64,000 nucleotides of DNA from a virus, in IMG/VR virus record IMGVR_UViG_3300036820_000013, positions 15,081-79,080 of that record. One strand, written 5' to 3'. A program made the translations under genes and the position numbers. Below, piece after piece: positions 55,229-63,681 of this stretch. Position 1 is the stretch's first letter. Each line of letters opens with the position of its first letter. The notes beneath the pieces are model-generated. The model was not told the DNA's origin, did not search any database, and saw only the letters and a list, made by a program, of their open reading frames with translations.

Positions 55229-55405
55229 ATGAGTACGGTCTACTTCTGCTGGATATGCGAGTGCCCTATAGAGGGCCCATTCGGCATAGATTCGACCGTA
55301 CAGTCACTGGTCTCCTATACCGACACTCATTACGAGTCAGGCCAGCAGATCTTCTTCTGCGGAGCCATCCATTGGCTCGAGTACCGCAAGCTAAAGGACC
55401 TGTAA
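55229..55405 (+). CDS. Small Cys-rich protein
   Basis: FCWIC...FC...H; fills the gap between neighbours. Confidence 0.55.
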   Translation: MSTVYFCWICECPIEGPFGIDSTVQSLVSYTDTHYESGQQIFFCGAIHWLEYRKLKDL

Positions 55406-55407
55406 CG

Positions 55408-56712
55408 ATGCAGCAATTCAACAGCTGGTCAGATAGCGACCTCATTAAGCACGAAGTCGCAACGAGAAAGCCGCGGGAAGAAGCGCTTAGCCATGAAGAG
55501 AAGCTCAAGCGCGACCGAGATCGCGCGGCCGCTCGTAGGCAGCAAGAGTTTCTACCGATGTCGGCTCACTTTCAGGACGCCTATGGCACCCAAGTCTGTT
55601 ACGGTCAGCTACGCTGGATCGCGGAACGCCTCCTAGCCACCCTTCCGACCGCCGATCATCGCATGTTGCTTAGCGAAGGCATCCCGATATTGACCCCATG
55701 GGGCAAGGTATGCCTAAGGGTCTACAAGGAAGGCTCCCAAGTAACAGGCGGGGAGCTATGGTACCAGCTAACTTCCAATCCAAAAAGGACCAATCACATC
55801 TTTGATGTACGGCCATTCTTCATGCAGTCGCGCGAGAAGACCGCTACGCTCTACGGAACAGACAACGCTTCAGCGATCATGAAACAGGCACGCCTCGAAC
55901 TCGCCGACGTTGGCCTCCGAGCCTATCAAAACCGCTGGTTCCGCAACTCTTCGATAGCCGACTTCCTGTTCCACGAGATGAAAATCGACCTAGACCGCAT
56001 TCCGATTGTGAATCATAACCTCTATCCGGCAACCGAAGCCTCATCTGTCGCTTGCGGCTACCTCCCGGGTCCGATTCATGAGTTCGACATGGTCAGCGCT
56101 TACGCATCATCGATGCTCGAATTTCCACAACTCGGCGACTTCGCGCAGGCGCTCGATGCCGCTCGTAAGAGCCTAGAAGGCAAACCTACCGCTAGAGTCC
56201 TGAAGGTGACCCAGAGTGTCCTGCCTGGAAAGTTTCTATCGCCCAAGCTACCAACGTTCCGTCCAGATCTGGGAACTTACATTCGAGGAAATACTCGCGC
56301 TCTACTCATCCAAGCCATGGAGCGGGCCGTTGCCGCCTACGGTACCGTGTATCGTTGGAATACCGACGGCTTCTTCACCAACGTGGATATATCAAGACAA
56401 CTCGATATCGGAGACAACCTTGGCCAATGGAAACATACGGTACACGATTATCTACTCATAGCACAGACTAACGTCTTCAAGACAAACCTGAAGTCGCGCG
56501 ACTGCGGCTATAATATCGACTGGGACGCGGTCCGCGAGAACCCGCTCCTCATCCATACATCTATGCCAACAACAGACTGGACTACGTTCACGGAGCACAA
56601 CGCACCACGAGTCCTAAAGTTCGACGGCGGGTATCATAATTGTGAACACGACGGCTATGGATGCCACGGAGAGTATCACTATAAGCGGGAGGCCTGGGAT
56701 CAACTGTGGTAA
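55408..56712 (+). CDS. Divergent, shortened family-B (protein-primed type) DNA polymerase-like protein
   Basis: Motif A FDMVSAYASSM, motif B-like LKVTQSVLPGKF, IRGNTRALL, motif C WNTDG, LGQWK, KSRDCG. Confidence 0.72.
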   Translation: MQQFNSWSDSDLIKHEVATRKPREEALSHEEKLKRDRDRAAARRQQEFLPMSAHFQDAYGTQVCYGQLRWIAERLLATLPTADHRMLLSEGIPILTPWGKVCLRVYKEGSQVTGGELWYQLTSNPKRTNHIFDVRPFFMQSREKTATLYGTDNASAIMKQARLELADVGLRAYQNRWFRNSSIADFLFHEMKIDLDRIPIVNHNLYPATEASSVACGYLPGPIHEFDMVSAYASSMLEFPQLGDFAQALDAARKSLEGKPTARVLKVTQSVLPGKFLSPKLPTFRPDLGTYIRGNTRALLIQAMERAVAAYGTVYRWNTDGFFTNVDISRQLDIGDNLGQWKHTVHDYLLIAQTNVFKTNLKSRDCGYNIDWDAVRENPLLIHTSMPTTDWTTFTEHNAPRVLKFDGGYHNCEHDGYGCHGEYHYKREAWDQLW

Positions 56713-56768
56713 TGAGCGCACAGCACTCTATCCCTGAAGATTCGCTTGATCTTTACCCTCCGTCGCTC

Positions 56769-56803
56769 TTGAAAATACGTTGGGATCTATGATAAAATTA
56801 GAT
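56769..56803 (+). promoter_or_regulatory. Sigma70-type promoter
   Basis: TTGAAA, 18-nt spacer, TGaTAAAAT; atctatgataaaattagat matches 52974-52992 at 18 of 19 positions. Confidence 0.7.
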
Positions 56804-56979
56804 TAACCGGGAAGGAGAAAAGCGATGATAGTCGACTATATTCAAAAGCCGGCCGGAGCCGTCAGCCTTCCCAGAGTATCGCACCGCCAGCGATATCAAA
56901 CGGCTGATTTTAGCCGCAAAGATCGCACCGTTTCATTTCTTACGTGGAGACCCGAAGACGGGTGTAAGAAGGTGCAGGA

Positions 56980-57141
56980 TTGTGTATCCAGCCAACTGAA
57001 TGCGAACACTATTGTTACAATTGCGGTCATTGGGGCCGCCTTATGGACCGAGTGTTCTGTATATATTGCCTAAAATGGTTCTACGAAAACGGTGCACTAC
57101 CGACCGGTCAAGAGCGGAGCCATAATGTCCAGCCGATCTAG
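56980..57141 (+). CDS. Small zinc-finger-like protein (53 aa)
   Basis: Manual translation from TTG: MCIQPTECEHYCYNCGHWGRLMDRVFCIYCLKWFYENG...; two CxxC motifs. Confidence 0.5.
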   Translation: MCIQPTECEHYCYNCGHWGRLMDRVFCIYCLKWFYENGALPTGQERSHNVQPI

Positions 57142-57403
57142 CAAGCTTCGCCGCGGTTCTACCGGCTGGCTCTGTGTAGCCATCGGCACCATCCTCTGGG
57201 ACGCGCTCGCTGAAGAAGACGAGCAACTAACATACGCATTCCGCAGAGGCTTCAAGACCCGTAAGATCCTAGTCAGCGCCGCCTGGGGTTACCTAACCTG
57301 CCACCTCTTCGGCGCGATCCCGGATCGATATGACATAATCCACTACATCGGTACTGCATATCGAAGGAGGCTCCATGGCTACCAAGGCTCAAGTCCAGCA
57401 TGA
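57125..57403 (+). CDS. Small membrane-associated protein
   Basis: GWLCVAIGTILWD...EQLT...AWGYLTCHL; RBS ggag. Confidence 0.65.
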   Translation: MSSRSSKLRRGSTGWLCVAIGTILWDALAEEDEQLTYAFRRGFKTRKILVSAAWGYLTCHLFGAIPDRYDIIHYIGTAYRRRLHGYQGSSPA

Positions 57404-57605
57404 AGAGCGGGAGATGCGCCAAGAAGCGCGCGCCACTGCTCACCGGACCGGCAACTACCGTCTCGATCCCTTCAAGGACAGCGAGACCGTCACACAACGT
57501 CCCACGAACTGCTATGGCTGCTCCTGGGAAATCCAACCAGACAAGACCTACCGCCTCAAGTTCAGACACAAGCTCTGCTATCCCGGTCACGAGCAAACCT
57601 CATGA
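57375..57605 (+). CDS. Hypothetical Cys-containing protein
   Basis: RBS aaggagg; CYGC. Confidence 0.6.
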   Translation: MATKAQVQHEEREMRQEARATAHRTGNYRLDPFKDSETVTQRPTNCYGCSWEIQPDKTYRLKFRHKLCYPGHEQTS

Positions 57606-57835
57606 CTAAGGATGCCATGAAGGAGCTACAGAAGGTCACGGAGGCCTTCCGTGACGCACCAAGTCCAGAGGCCGCGACCAACCTCCTGCTCGTCCTAGGG
57701 CCGCGGCGTAAGGAGAGCCCAAGCGTCCAAGAGATGATCGACTACGCTCTCGAATACCTATACCTTGTCGGTACCGTATCTAGCAAGAAGGAGGCTGCCG
57801 ATAACCAAGTCGACCTAAGTTTCCCACCTTGTTAG
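57602..57835 (+). CDS. Hypothetical protein
   Basis: ATGA coupling. Confidence 0.6.
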   Translation: MTKDAMKELQKVTEAFRDAPSPEAATNLLLVLGPRRKESPSVQEMIDYALEYLYLVGTVSSKKEAADNQVDLSFPPC

Positions 57836-57848
57836 GAGAACTTGACCA

Positions 57849-58466
57849 ATGCGGCCTTTTACCGCACTGTCGAATCACGTTTTCGACCGAATCGTCAACA
57901 AGGATCAACACCGAAAGCGAACCCTCCGAATAGCAGCAGCCGGCGTCGGTATAGCACTGACAGCCGGCATCGTGCACTACGTCACCGTGCAGCCTGGTGA
58001 TACCCTCTCAGGGATCGCCGCTAGCGCTTGTGGGAACGCAAGCGACTGGTCCGGAATCTACAACCAGAACCAATCGGTCGTCGGTTCCAATCCAAACCTG
58101 ATTTATGCCGGTGAGCACCTGCAGTTCCAGTGCAACGCTGGCACCGTCCTCACTGCGGTATCCGATCCACCCTCCAGAGCCACGTCTGCAACCTCGGCCC
58201 CAACAACGTCTTACACAGCTTCTCCGGGGTCCTTTCAAGCATGCGTGATCAGTCGAGAGTCGGGCGGCGATCCTGAGATCGTCAACGGATCCAGCGGCGC
58301 CGGCGGGCTCTATCAGTTCATGCCAGCTACGTGGGCAGAACTAGGCTACGCGGCCGAGTATCCAGGGGGGGCCCAAACGGCTCCTGTCAGTGTCCAGAAC
58401 GCAGCGTTCGAGCAGCTCTACGCCGAAGATGGCGCGAGCCCTTGGGCGCCCTCTGATGGCTGCTGA
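57849..58466 (+). CDS. LysM plus Rpf-like lytic transglycosylase, exported
   Basis: TM/signal; LysM VTVQPGDTLSGIA...NPNLIYAG; CVISRESGG...GGLYQFMPATW...Q...L...GASPW. Confidence 0.88.
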   Translation: MRPFTALSNHVFDRIVNKDQHRKRTLRIAAAGVGIALTAGIVHYVTVQPGDTLSGIAASACGNASDWSGIYNQNQSVVGSNPNLIYAGEHLQFQCNAGTVLTAVSDPPSRATSATSAPTTSYTASPGSFQACVISRESGGDPEIVNGSSGAGGLYQFMPATWAELGYAAEYPGGAQTAPVSVQNAAFEQLYAEDGASPWAPSDGC

Positions 58467-59217
58467 CAAGTCCTACACCAGACGCGGAAGGCGCCGACCG
58501 TGCGAGCATTGCCGCCGGCGTCATCGCCGCATGCTCATGGCTGCGGCTGCAACGCTCTCCCTAACAGGAGGCGTTGCGGCCGCGGTCGCATTCCTTCCCA
58601 CCAGCCACGCCCAGCTGGCTGACGTAACAATTAGCCGACCAAGCATCCAAGCCGTTCCATCTACACCAATAGCGCTATACCTACAACATTACAAGGCAAA
58701 AGCTCATGCACCTACTCCTAGCACTAGCCCCAGCCCTAGCTATGGCACTAGTCGACCTCCTATTCAGAATCCGGCGCCGACACCAACAAGCATTCCGACG
58801 CCGACGCCAACACCAACTGCAATAGTTACGTCCAGCAGCTCTGCAGTCAGCGGCAACCTAAGCGCGCAAGTGCTAGCTGAAGCCGAGACAAGGCAGGGAG
58901 ACCCCTACGTTTATGGTGCTGATGGCCCTGAAGCATTTGACTGTTCAGGTCTAATCTACTGGGCCGCACAGCAACTAGGCATTAATATGCCACGAGATAC
59001 TTACGAAATGCTCAGCACAGGCGTCGCAGATGGAATTCTCATTCCAACTAGTCACCCACAACCGGGAGACCTCGCATTCTTCGGGACCGGTCACGTGGAG
59101 CTTGTCACTTCAATCCCAGACACGACCTTCGGAGCCCAGCAGCCCGGCACCGTCGTCGGATTCAACAAGTACTACCCGCCCAGCTACGAGCCGACAGCCT
59201 ACTACAGCATCAGTTAG
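58456..59217 (+). CDS. Exported NlpC/P60 peptidoglycan endopeptidase
   Basis: Basic N-terminus plus TM, PT linker, GDPYVYGADGPEAFDCSGL...QPGDLAFF...GHV. Confidence 0.9.
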   Translation: MAADKSYTRRGRRRPCEHCRRRHRRMLMAAAATLSLTGGVAAAVAFLPTSHAQLADVTISRPSIQAVPSTPIALYLQHYKAKAHAPTPSTSPSPSYGTSRPPIQNPAPTPTSIPTPTPTPTAIVTSSSSAVSGNLSAQVLAEAETRQGDPYVYGADGPEAFDCSGLIYWAAQQLGINMPRDTYEMLSTGVADGILIPTSHPQPGDLAFFGTGHVELVTSIPDTTFGAQQPGTVVGFNKYYPPSYEPTAYYSIS

Positions 59218-59230
59218 GCAGCAGGACGCG

Positions 59231-59584
59231 ATGGAGCCTTCCCAGCTAGCTAACATCCAAGTGCCGCGCCTAGTAGAGCTAGGAACCATCTGCGGCCTCA
59301 TTATCATCACCGCACTCATCAATTTCGGCAAATGGATCGAGCGTCAGCTGCGTGAAGCCGAATTCCGCAACTGGAAGCGCGTATGGGATGAGGAATGCTC
59401 GCTTCATATTGCAAAGCCGCAACATGACTGGCCGCAGGCAGGTAAGGCTACGAGGACCTTCTTCAATACCAATACTGGAGACCTGCCGCTCTACGACCCA
59501 GCAGCCGACGCAGCCAACTATATCGAGAAGCTAGACCGAGACACTCAGGACTATCTCGAAGAAATGCAGCACCGTGAACATTGA
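59231..59584 (+). CDS. Membrane protein
   Basis: One TM helix; RBS cagga. Confidence 0.55.
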   Translation: MEPSQLANIQVPRLVELGTICGLIIITALINFGKWIERQLREAEFRNWKRVWDEECSLHIAKPQHDWPQAGKATRTFFNTNTGDLPLYDPAADAANYIEKLDRDTQDYLEEMQHREH

Positions 59585-59825
59585 CGAGCTCTTCGAGCAA
59601 ATGCACGCAGACGACATAGCCGACCTCCAATACTGCACCCCAGTCCAATACTCCAAGATCCGCCCAGTCAGCAGTCCGCAACTGTACCAATGGATGCGGA
59701 CCGGCAAGCTCACTTGGAAGCACTGCGACTGCGGTCGCCGAGTCATCGAGGTCGCCGCAGCAGACGACCTACTACGTAGCAAGGGCAAACTACCACCCAG
59801 CACGAAAGACAACAATGAAGACTAA
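59574..59825 (+). CDS. Small HTH (excisionase-like) DNA-binding protein
   Basis: TPVQYSK...SPQLYQWMRTGKL...GRRVI. Confidence 0.65.
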   Translation: MNIDELFEQMHADDIADLQYCTPVQYSKIRPVSSPQLYQWMRTGKLTWKHCDCGRRVIEVAAADDLLRSKGKLPPSTKDNNED

Positions 59826-60261
59826 ATGGAAGAATGGCGGCATGCCACTATGGGGCATCAATTACAATCACTGGTCTAGAGTTGGCGACGAGCCGTTCCT
59901 GGACCGCAAAATCTTCGGCATCTGCCCCTGGTTTGGCCTCTTCCTAACCGAGATTCACAAGCCAGACGCAGCTGACCGCCCTCCTCACGATCACTCCCGA
60001 ACATTCATATCCTGGATCGTATCTGGCGGGTACACCGAACAGACCTATCGGGACATCGCCGACGTCGTGCTGAAGACGCATCGAGTACGGCGTCACCAGC
60101 GCTGGTCAGTACACGTCATGCCGCGCGCTAAGGCGCATGCGATCACCGAAGTCCGAGGCCGCCTCATCGCACTAGTGCTCGCCGGGAAGAGTCACGGTTC
60201 CTGGTCGTTCTGGACACCGAGAGGCAAGGTCGACAGGGAGGCGTACAATGAAGCAGCCTAA
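59815..60261 (+). CDS. Cupin-like protein
   Basis: PHDHS...SWIVSGGYTE...AHAI...LVL...WSF. Confidence 0.7.
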   Translation: MKTKWKNGGMPLWGINYNHWSRVGDEPFLDRKIFGICPWFGLFLTEIHKPDAADRPPHDHSRTFISWIVSGGYTEQTYRDIADVVLKTHRVRRHQRWSVHVMPRAKAHAITEVRGRLIALVLAGKSHGSWSFWTPRGKVDREAYNEAA

Positions 60262-60490
60262 GCCGAAGAAAGAACGCACCAAAGTCGAGGGCGACGGCGC
60301 GCCTGTCGTCCCCTCAGACATCTATTACGTCAAGGTCTGGCGCAAGGTTCCGAACAGCAACATAGTCTGGATACCGATGATCGACCAGAAGACCTCTGCG
60401 CAATCGCCGCTCGGGGCCATGAGAGGCATCCTCGAGGCAGAAACAGCCAAGGAAATGCTACGGAACCAGAAGGCCATCGATGAAGCGTAA
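60248..60490 (+). CDS. Hypothetical protein
   Basis: RBS gggagg. Confidence 0.55.
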   Translation: MKQPKPKKERTKVEGDGAPVVPSDIYYVKVWRKVPNSNIVWIPMIDQKTSAQSPLGAMRGILEAETAKEMLRNQKAIDEA

Positions 60491-60642
60491 GGCACTAGTC
60501 ATTCCTATGCCGGACGGCCGCCCTGAGTACCACTACTTCTCATGGAGCCGCGAGGAGCCTGGCCTTGCAGTCATCAAGGTGCCTGTCGAGCAAGTGTTCA
60601 GCGTCGAGATCGACGATGAGGTCCTAACCCAGGCGGCCATCG

Positions 60643-60921
60643 ATGGCCAAGATTAGAGTCCTACGCCTACTCGAGTATGTCTACGACAACCAAGCGCGCG
60701 CCGATGAGGATCAAGCCCGCTGGCAGACACCTGCCGCAGGGTCGTTCATCGCCTCGGGCATGATGATTCGCTCAGCGATCATAACCGACCTGAACTTCGG
60801 CGGGGACGAGGCCGAGAACCAGGACGAGTATAATCGCAGAATACGACGTGGCAAAGCTCGCTGTCCATGCTCGCTCGGCCCCGAGCCGCATTCCTACGGC
60901 TGGCACGATGTCGAGGACTAA
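60643..60921 (+). CDS. Hypothetical protein
   Basis: IRVLRLLEY N-terminus. Confidence 0.55.
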   Translation: MAKIRVLRLLEYVYDNQARADEDQARWQTPAAGSFIASGMMIRSAIITDLNFGGDEAENQDEYNRRIRRGKARCPCSLGPEPHSYGWHDVED

Positions 60922-61405
60922 GACAGGCATGCCTTGGGCTGAGATTTGGCAGCCTGTCTGTAACGGTTGCTACGAGGTCTCGGCTAACGCCGAAGTCCGT
61001 AACGCGAAGACCAAGCGGCTGCGAAAGATCCAAACCGGAACAGGTCGCGGCATTGTCAAGCTGCAAGACGCTATAGGCCAGCCAGCTAAGTGGCACCGAG
61101 TAGCAGTCCTAGTCCTAGAAGCCTTCGTTAAACCCCGACCGCCAGGAATGATTGCCTGCCACGGCCCAAACGGAATCCTCGACGATTCGCTCCTCAATGT
61201 CTACTGGGGCCTATACCATACTAATAATGGGGTCGATCGCATGCGAGACGACACAAGCCTCGCGAAACTAAGTCCCGCCCAAGTACTCGAGATCAAGGAG
61301 CGGCTCCCTAGCGAGACCGATTACCAGATCGCAAAGGACTATCCAGTAGGAGCAGCTGCCATTCGCCATATTCGACGTGGCCTTACATGGGAGTATCTAG
61401 CATGA
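60908..61405 (+). CDS. NUMOD4/HNH homing endonuclease-like protein
   Basis: EIWQPV...YEVSANAEVR, LVLEAF..PRP...CH..NG...D...N, C-terminal HTH (AKLS...IAKDY...TW); some HNH residues look degenerate. Confidence 0.78.
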   Translation: MSRTKTGMPWAEIWQPVCNGCYEVSANAEVRNAKTKRLRKIQTGTGRGIVKLQDAIGQPAKWHRVAVLVLEAFVKPRPPGMIACHGPNGILDDSLLNVYWGLYHTNNGVDRMRDDTSLAKLSPAQVLEIKERLPSETDYQIAKDYPVGAAAIRHIRRGLTWEYLA

Positions 61406-61641
61406 CTCGACCTACTACCTGGAGGCCCTACCGAGATTATCTTAACGCCCGAGTCAGCCAGCACAAGCGAGCCCTTCCAAAGACAAGCGGCATCTACTGC
61501 GCAGACTGTCGCATGGCACACTCATACAACGGCCCAAGCCGACTAGGCATCGACTACTCATACCACGGCGACCAACTAGCCATCCTATGGCTCTGTCCTT
61601 ATACCGGCGAGACAATTAGCGAGGTGTCCTATGGACGATAG
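61402..61641 (+). CDS. Small Cys-rich protein
   Basis: CADC...LCP. Confidence 0.55.
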   Translation: MTRPTTWRPYRDYLNARVSQHKRALPKTSGIYCADCRMAHSYNGPSRLGIDYSYHGDQLAILWLCPYTGETISEVSYGR

Positions 61642-61864
61642 CGATCCAGAACGCAATGCAATACACGACGCGATTGCAGCAAGCGGCCCTCCTGGAGCCG
61701 TCCTAACAGGCTGGGCGCTCGTGGCCGAGTGGATGGACGACGAAGGCAATCGCCTCCTCGGTAAGGCTCGAGCGGCCGAGACAACGCCTTGGAACGCTAA
61801 AGGCATGCTGCATACAATGCTCTTTGAGAACACCCCATGGGGAGAACCTAATGGCCCCGACTAG
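61631..61864 (+). CDS. Hypothetical protein
   Basis: RBS gaggtg; VLTGWALVAEW...PW...GML. Confidence 0.65.
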   Translation: MDDSDPERNAIHDAIAASGPPGAVLTGWALVAEWMDDEGNRLLGKARAAETTPWNAKGMLHTMLFENTPWGEPNGPD

Positions 61865-62053
61865 CATCGCCATCAGCACTACGCATCTCACGCTCCGAAT
61901 CACCTTCGACATGATCCTACAGGCCGCCAACGCTTACCTCGCACTAAGCGCCTACTCGCATCGCGACTATCCCTGGATGGTCATCAGCGGGCTTACCTCC
62001 GCACTCTTCACCGCCCTTCTATACCACGATCTGAACCGCTGGAGGACCTAATC

Positions 62054-62383
62054 ATGTGGTTCGATATACTCAACGGCATCGTTTCTTACATCAAGCTCGC
62101 AGTTGCAAGCCTGTTCCTCCTAGCACTAGGAGTATTCCTAGTCTACGAGATCGGCATCCTGCCGACGGCCTACATCTACGTCAGCGGCTATCTCCTATAC
62201 CTCGTCTACGATATCTACCAGCACGTAAAGCATCGAGGCGGCGGGACCATGCGCACGGTGATTCAATACGACCCCAATGCCGCTGACGAGGCCGGCTCAA
62301 CAGCCCGCTACGGAACCCCACACGACCCTCTTTCAGTCATTCCTCGATGGCCAAGTGGTCGTCGGCCTCCGGCCGGAGAATAA
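62054..62383 (+). CDS. Membrane protein
   Basis: Two TM helices; RBS ggagga. Confidence 0.6.
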   Translation: MWFDILNGIVSYIKLAVASLFLLALGVFLVYEIGILPTAYIYVSGYLLYLVYDIYQHVKHRGGGTMRTVIQYDPNAADEAGSTARYGTPHDPLSVIPRWPSGRRPPAGE

Positions 62384-62385
62384 TC

Positions 62386-62700
62386 ATGGGCTACAACGAG
62401 ACTAGCTGGCCGCCCGGCGAGGACAACCCAAATGCTACTATGACCAATGCCGAAGCCCGAGCAGCTCGATACTTGCGTCGTGACTTCGAAATGACCCTCG
62501 ACGAACTAGCGCGTATGTACGGCGTCGCTCGCTCCACGATGAGCATCCTCCTGCGCGGCATAACCTTCAAGCATGCCGGCGGACCGATCGATCCCGGCCG
62601 AAAACCTCCTGACAGAAGTAAGCCTGGCCCCCGCTCTCAGTATTACCGGAGGCCTACAAACTTGGGGAGCGGGATTCCCAAGAGGAAAGGAACCACATGA
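62386..62700 (+). CDS. HTH DNA-binding protein resembling an HNH endonuclease C-terminal domain
   Basis: GEDNPNATMT...ELARMYGVARSTMSILLRG.TF. Confidence 0.7.
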   Translation: MGYNETSWPPGEDNPNATMTNAEARAARYLRRDFEMTLDELARMYGVARSTMSILLRGITFKHAGGPIDPGRKPPDRSKPGPRSQYYRRPTNLGSGIPKRKGTT

Positions 62701-63539
62701 GGTCAAGATGGATTAGGCTTCTCGGAGCCGTCCTTCTATTCCTCGGACTCGGCATTGCCGCGTTCACGACCAGCGGCGGCGTAGCACACGCCTCCAACCC
62801 TGTGCCGTATCCATCGGCACTAAGCAACCATCCGTACGGGACCGGCTGGACCGGAGCCCAACTCAAGTCTGACTGGAGCGATGACGCAAGCAACAGTCCT
62901 GGTAACTGCACCAGTCCTAATACTGGAGAGATCAGCACCAGCGGCAACGACATCAGCCTGACAACCAGCGGCGACAGCGGCGACTGCGTATACGAACAGT
63001 CCCCGCATACCTACCCCACCGCCGACGGCTACGTCTATGAAGTCTACGCCGACTTCAGTAACTGGACACAGTGGGACAGCTTCTGGGGCTACGGCAACAA
63101 CTGGCCGGGGGACGGCGAGATCGATGCAGTCGAAGGCGGACCAGGGACCAACTACGTATCCTGGCACGACTCGACCACACCGCCTGACGGCTACAGCAAC
63201 TGCAACAGCAACAATGGCTGCGACAGCTCAATGGCTGCCATCACCACTCCGAGCAACACAAACACGCTGACGGACATCAGTCCTGGATGGCACTACATCG
63301 ACTTCGCCTTCGGCACCGACGGTGCAGGCAAGGGCGCAGTGTCCGTCTGGTACGACGGGACCGAAGTCGCATACGTGGCAGGCACAAACGTGCTGGCCGG
63401 CGGCAGTCAGGATGACCCGTTCTGGATCGTTCTGGACACAGGCTCCTGCGACAGCGCGAACAACGGCAGCGTGTGCAACGCTCAGCAACCACCAGACCCA
63501 GGCAGCGTAACGGCTGCGTACCTGAGGGTCTTCACCTAA
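62697..63539 (+). CDS. Secreted glycoside hydrolase family 16
   Basis: Signal peptide ending AHA; WDSFW...NWPGDGEIDAVEG (ExDxxE), GWH, WYDG, PFWIVL. Confidence 0.85.
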   Translation: MRSRWIRLLGAVLLFLGLGIAAFTTSGGVAHASNPVPYPSALSNHPYGTGWTGAQLKSDWSDDASNSPGNCTSPNTGEISTSGNDISLTTSGDSGDCVYEQSPHTYPTADGYVYEVYADFSNWTQWDSFWGYGNNWPGDGEIDAVEGGPGTNYVSWHDSTTPPDGYSNCNSNNGCDSSMAAITTPSNTNTLTDISPGWHYIDFAFGTDGAGKGAVSVWYDGTEVAYVAGTNVLAGGSQDDPFWIVLDTGSCDSANNGSVCNAQQPPDPGSVTAAYLRVFT

Positions 63540-63556
63540 GGGAGGCTAGCTCAACC

Positions 63557-63600
63557 GACGCCCGTCTCGACCCGCCCGAGGCGGGCGTCTCTATTTCTTC
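63557..63600 (+). terminator. Intrinsic terminator
   Basis: 13-bp stem gacgcccgtctcg/cgaggcgggcgtc followed by a T-rich tract. Confidence 0.8.
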
Positions 63601-63612
63601 TAAAGTTACCTC

Positions 63613-63645
63613 TTGACAAATCAAAAGCTATAACTTATACTTAGA
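63613..63645 (+). promoter_or_regulatory. Near-consensus sigma70 promoter
   Basis: TTGACA (63613-63618), 17-nt spacer, TATACT (63636-63641), then TAG. Confidence 0.85.
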
Positions 63646-63681
63646 AGTAGAAGTAAGACTTCAAACAACAAGGGATCTATC

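Noticed and set aside
52922-57088. Recurring ctacgaaa as an operator (52925, 54757, 57081)
   Set aside because: Only 8 nt, also present inside polA, and one copy lies in a likely coding region; not enough support.
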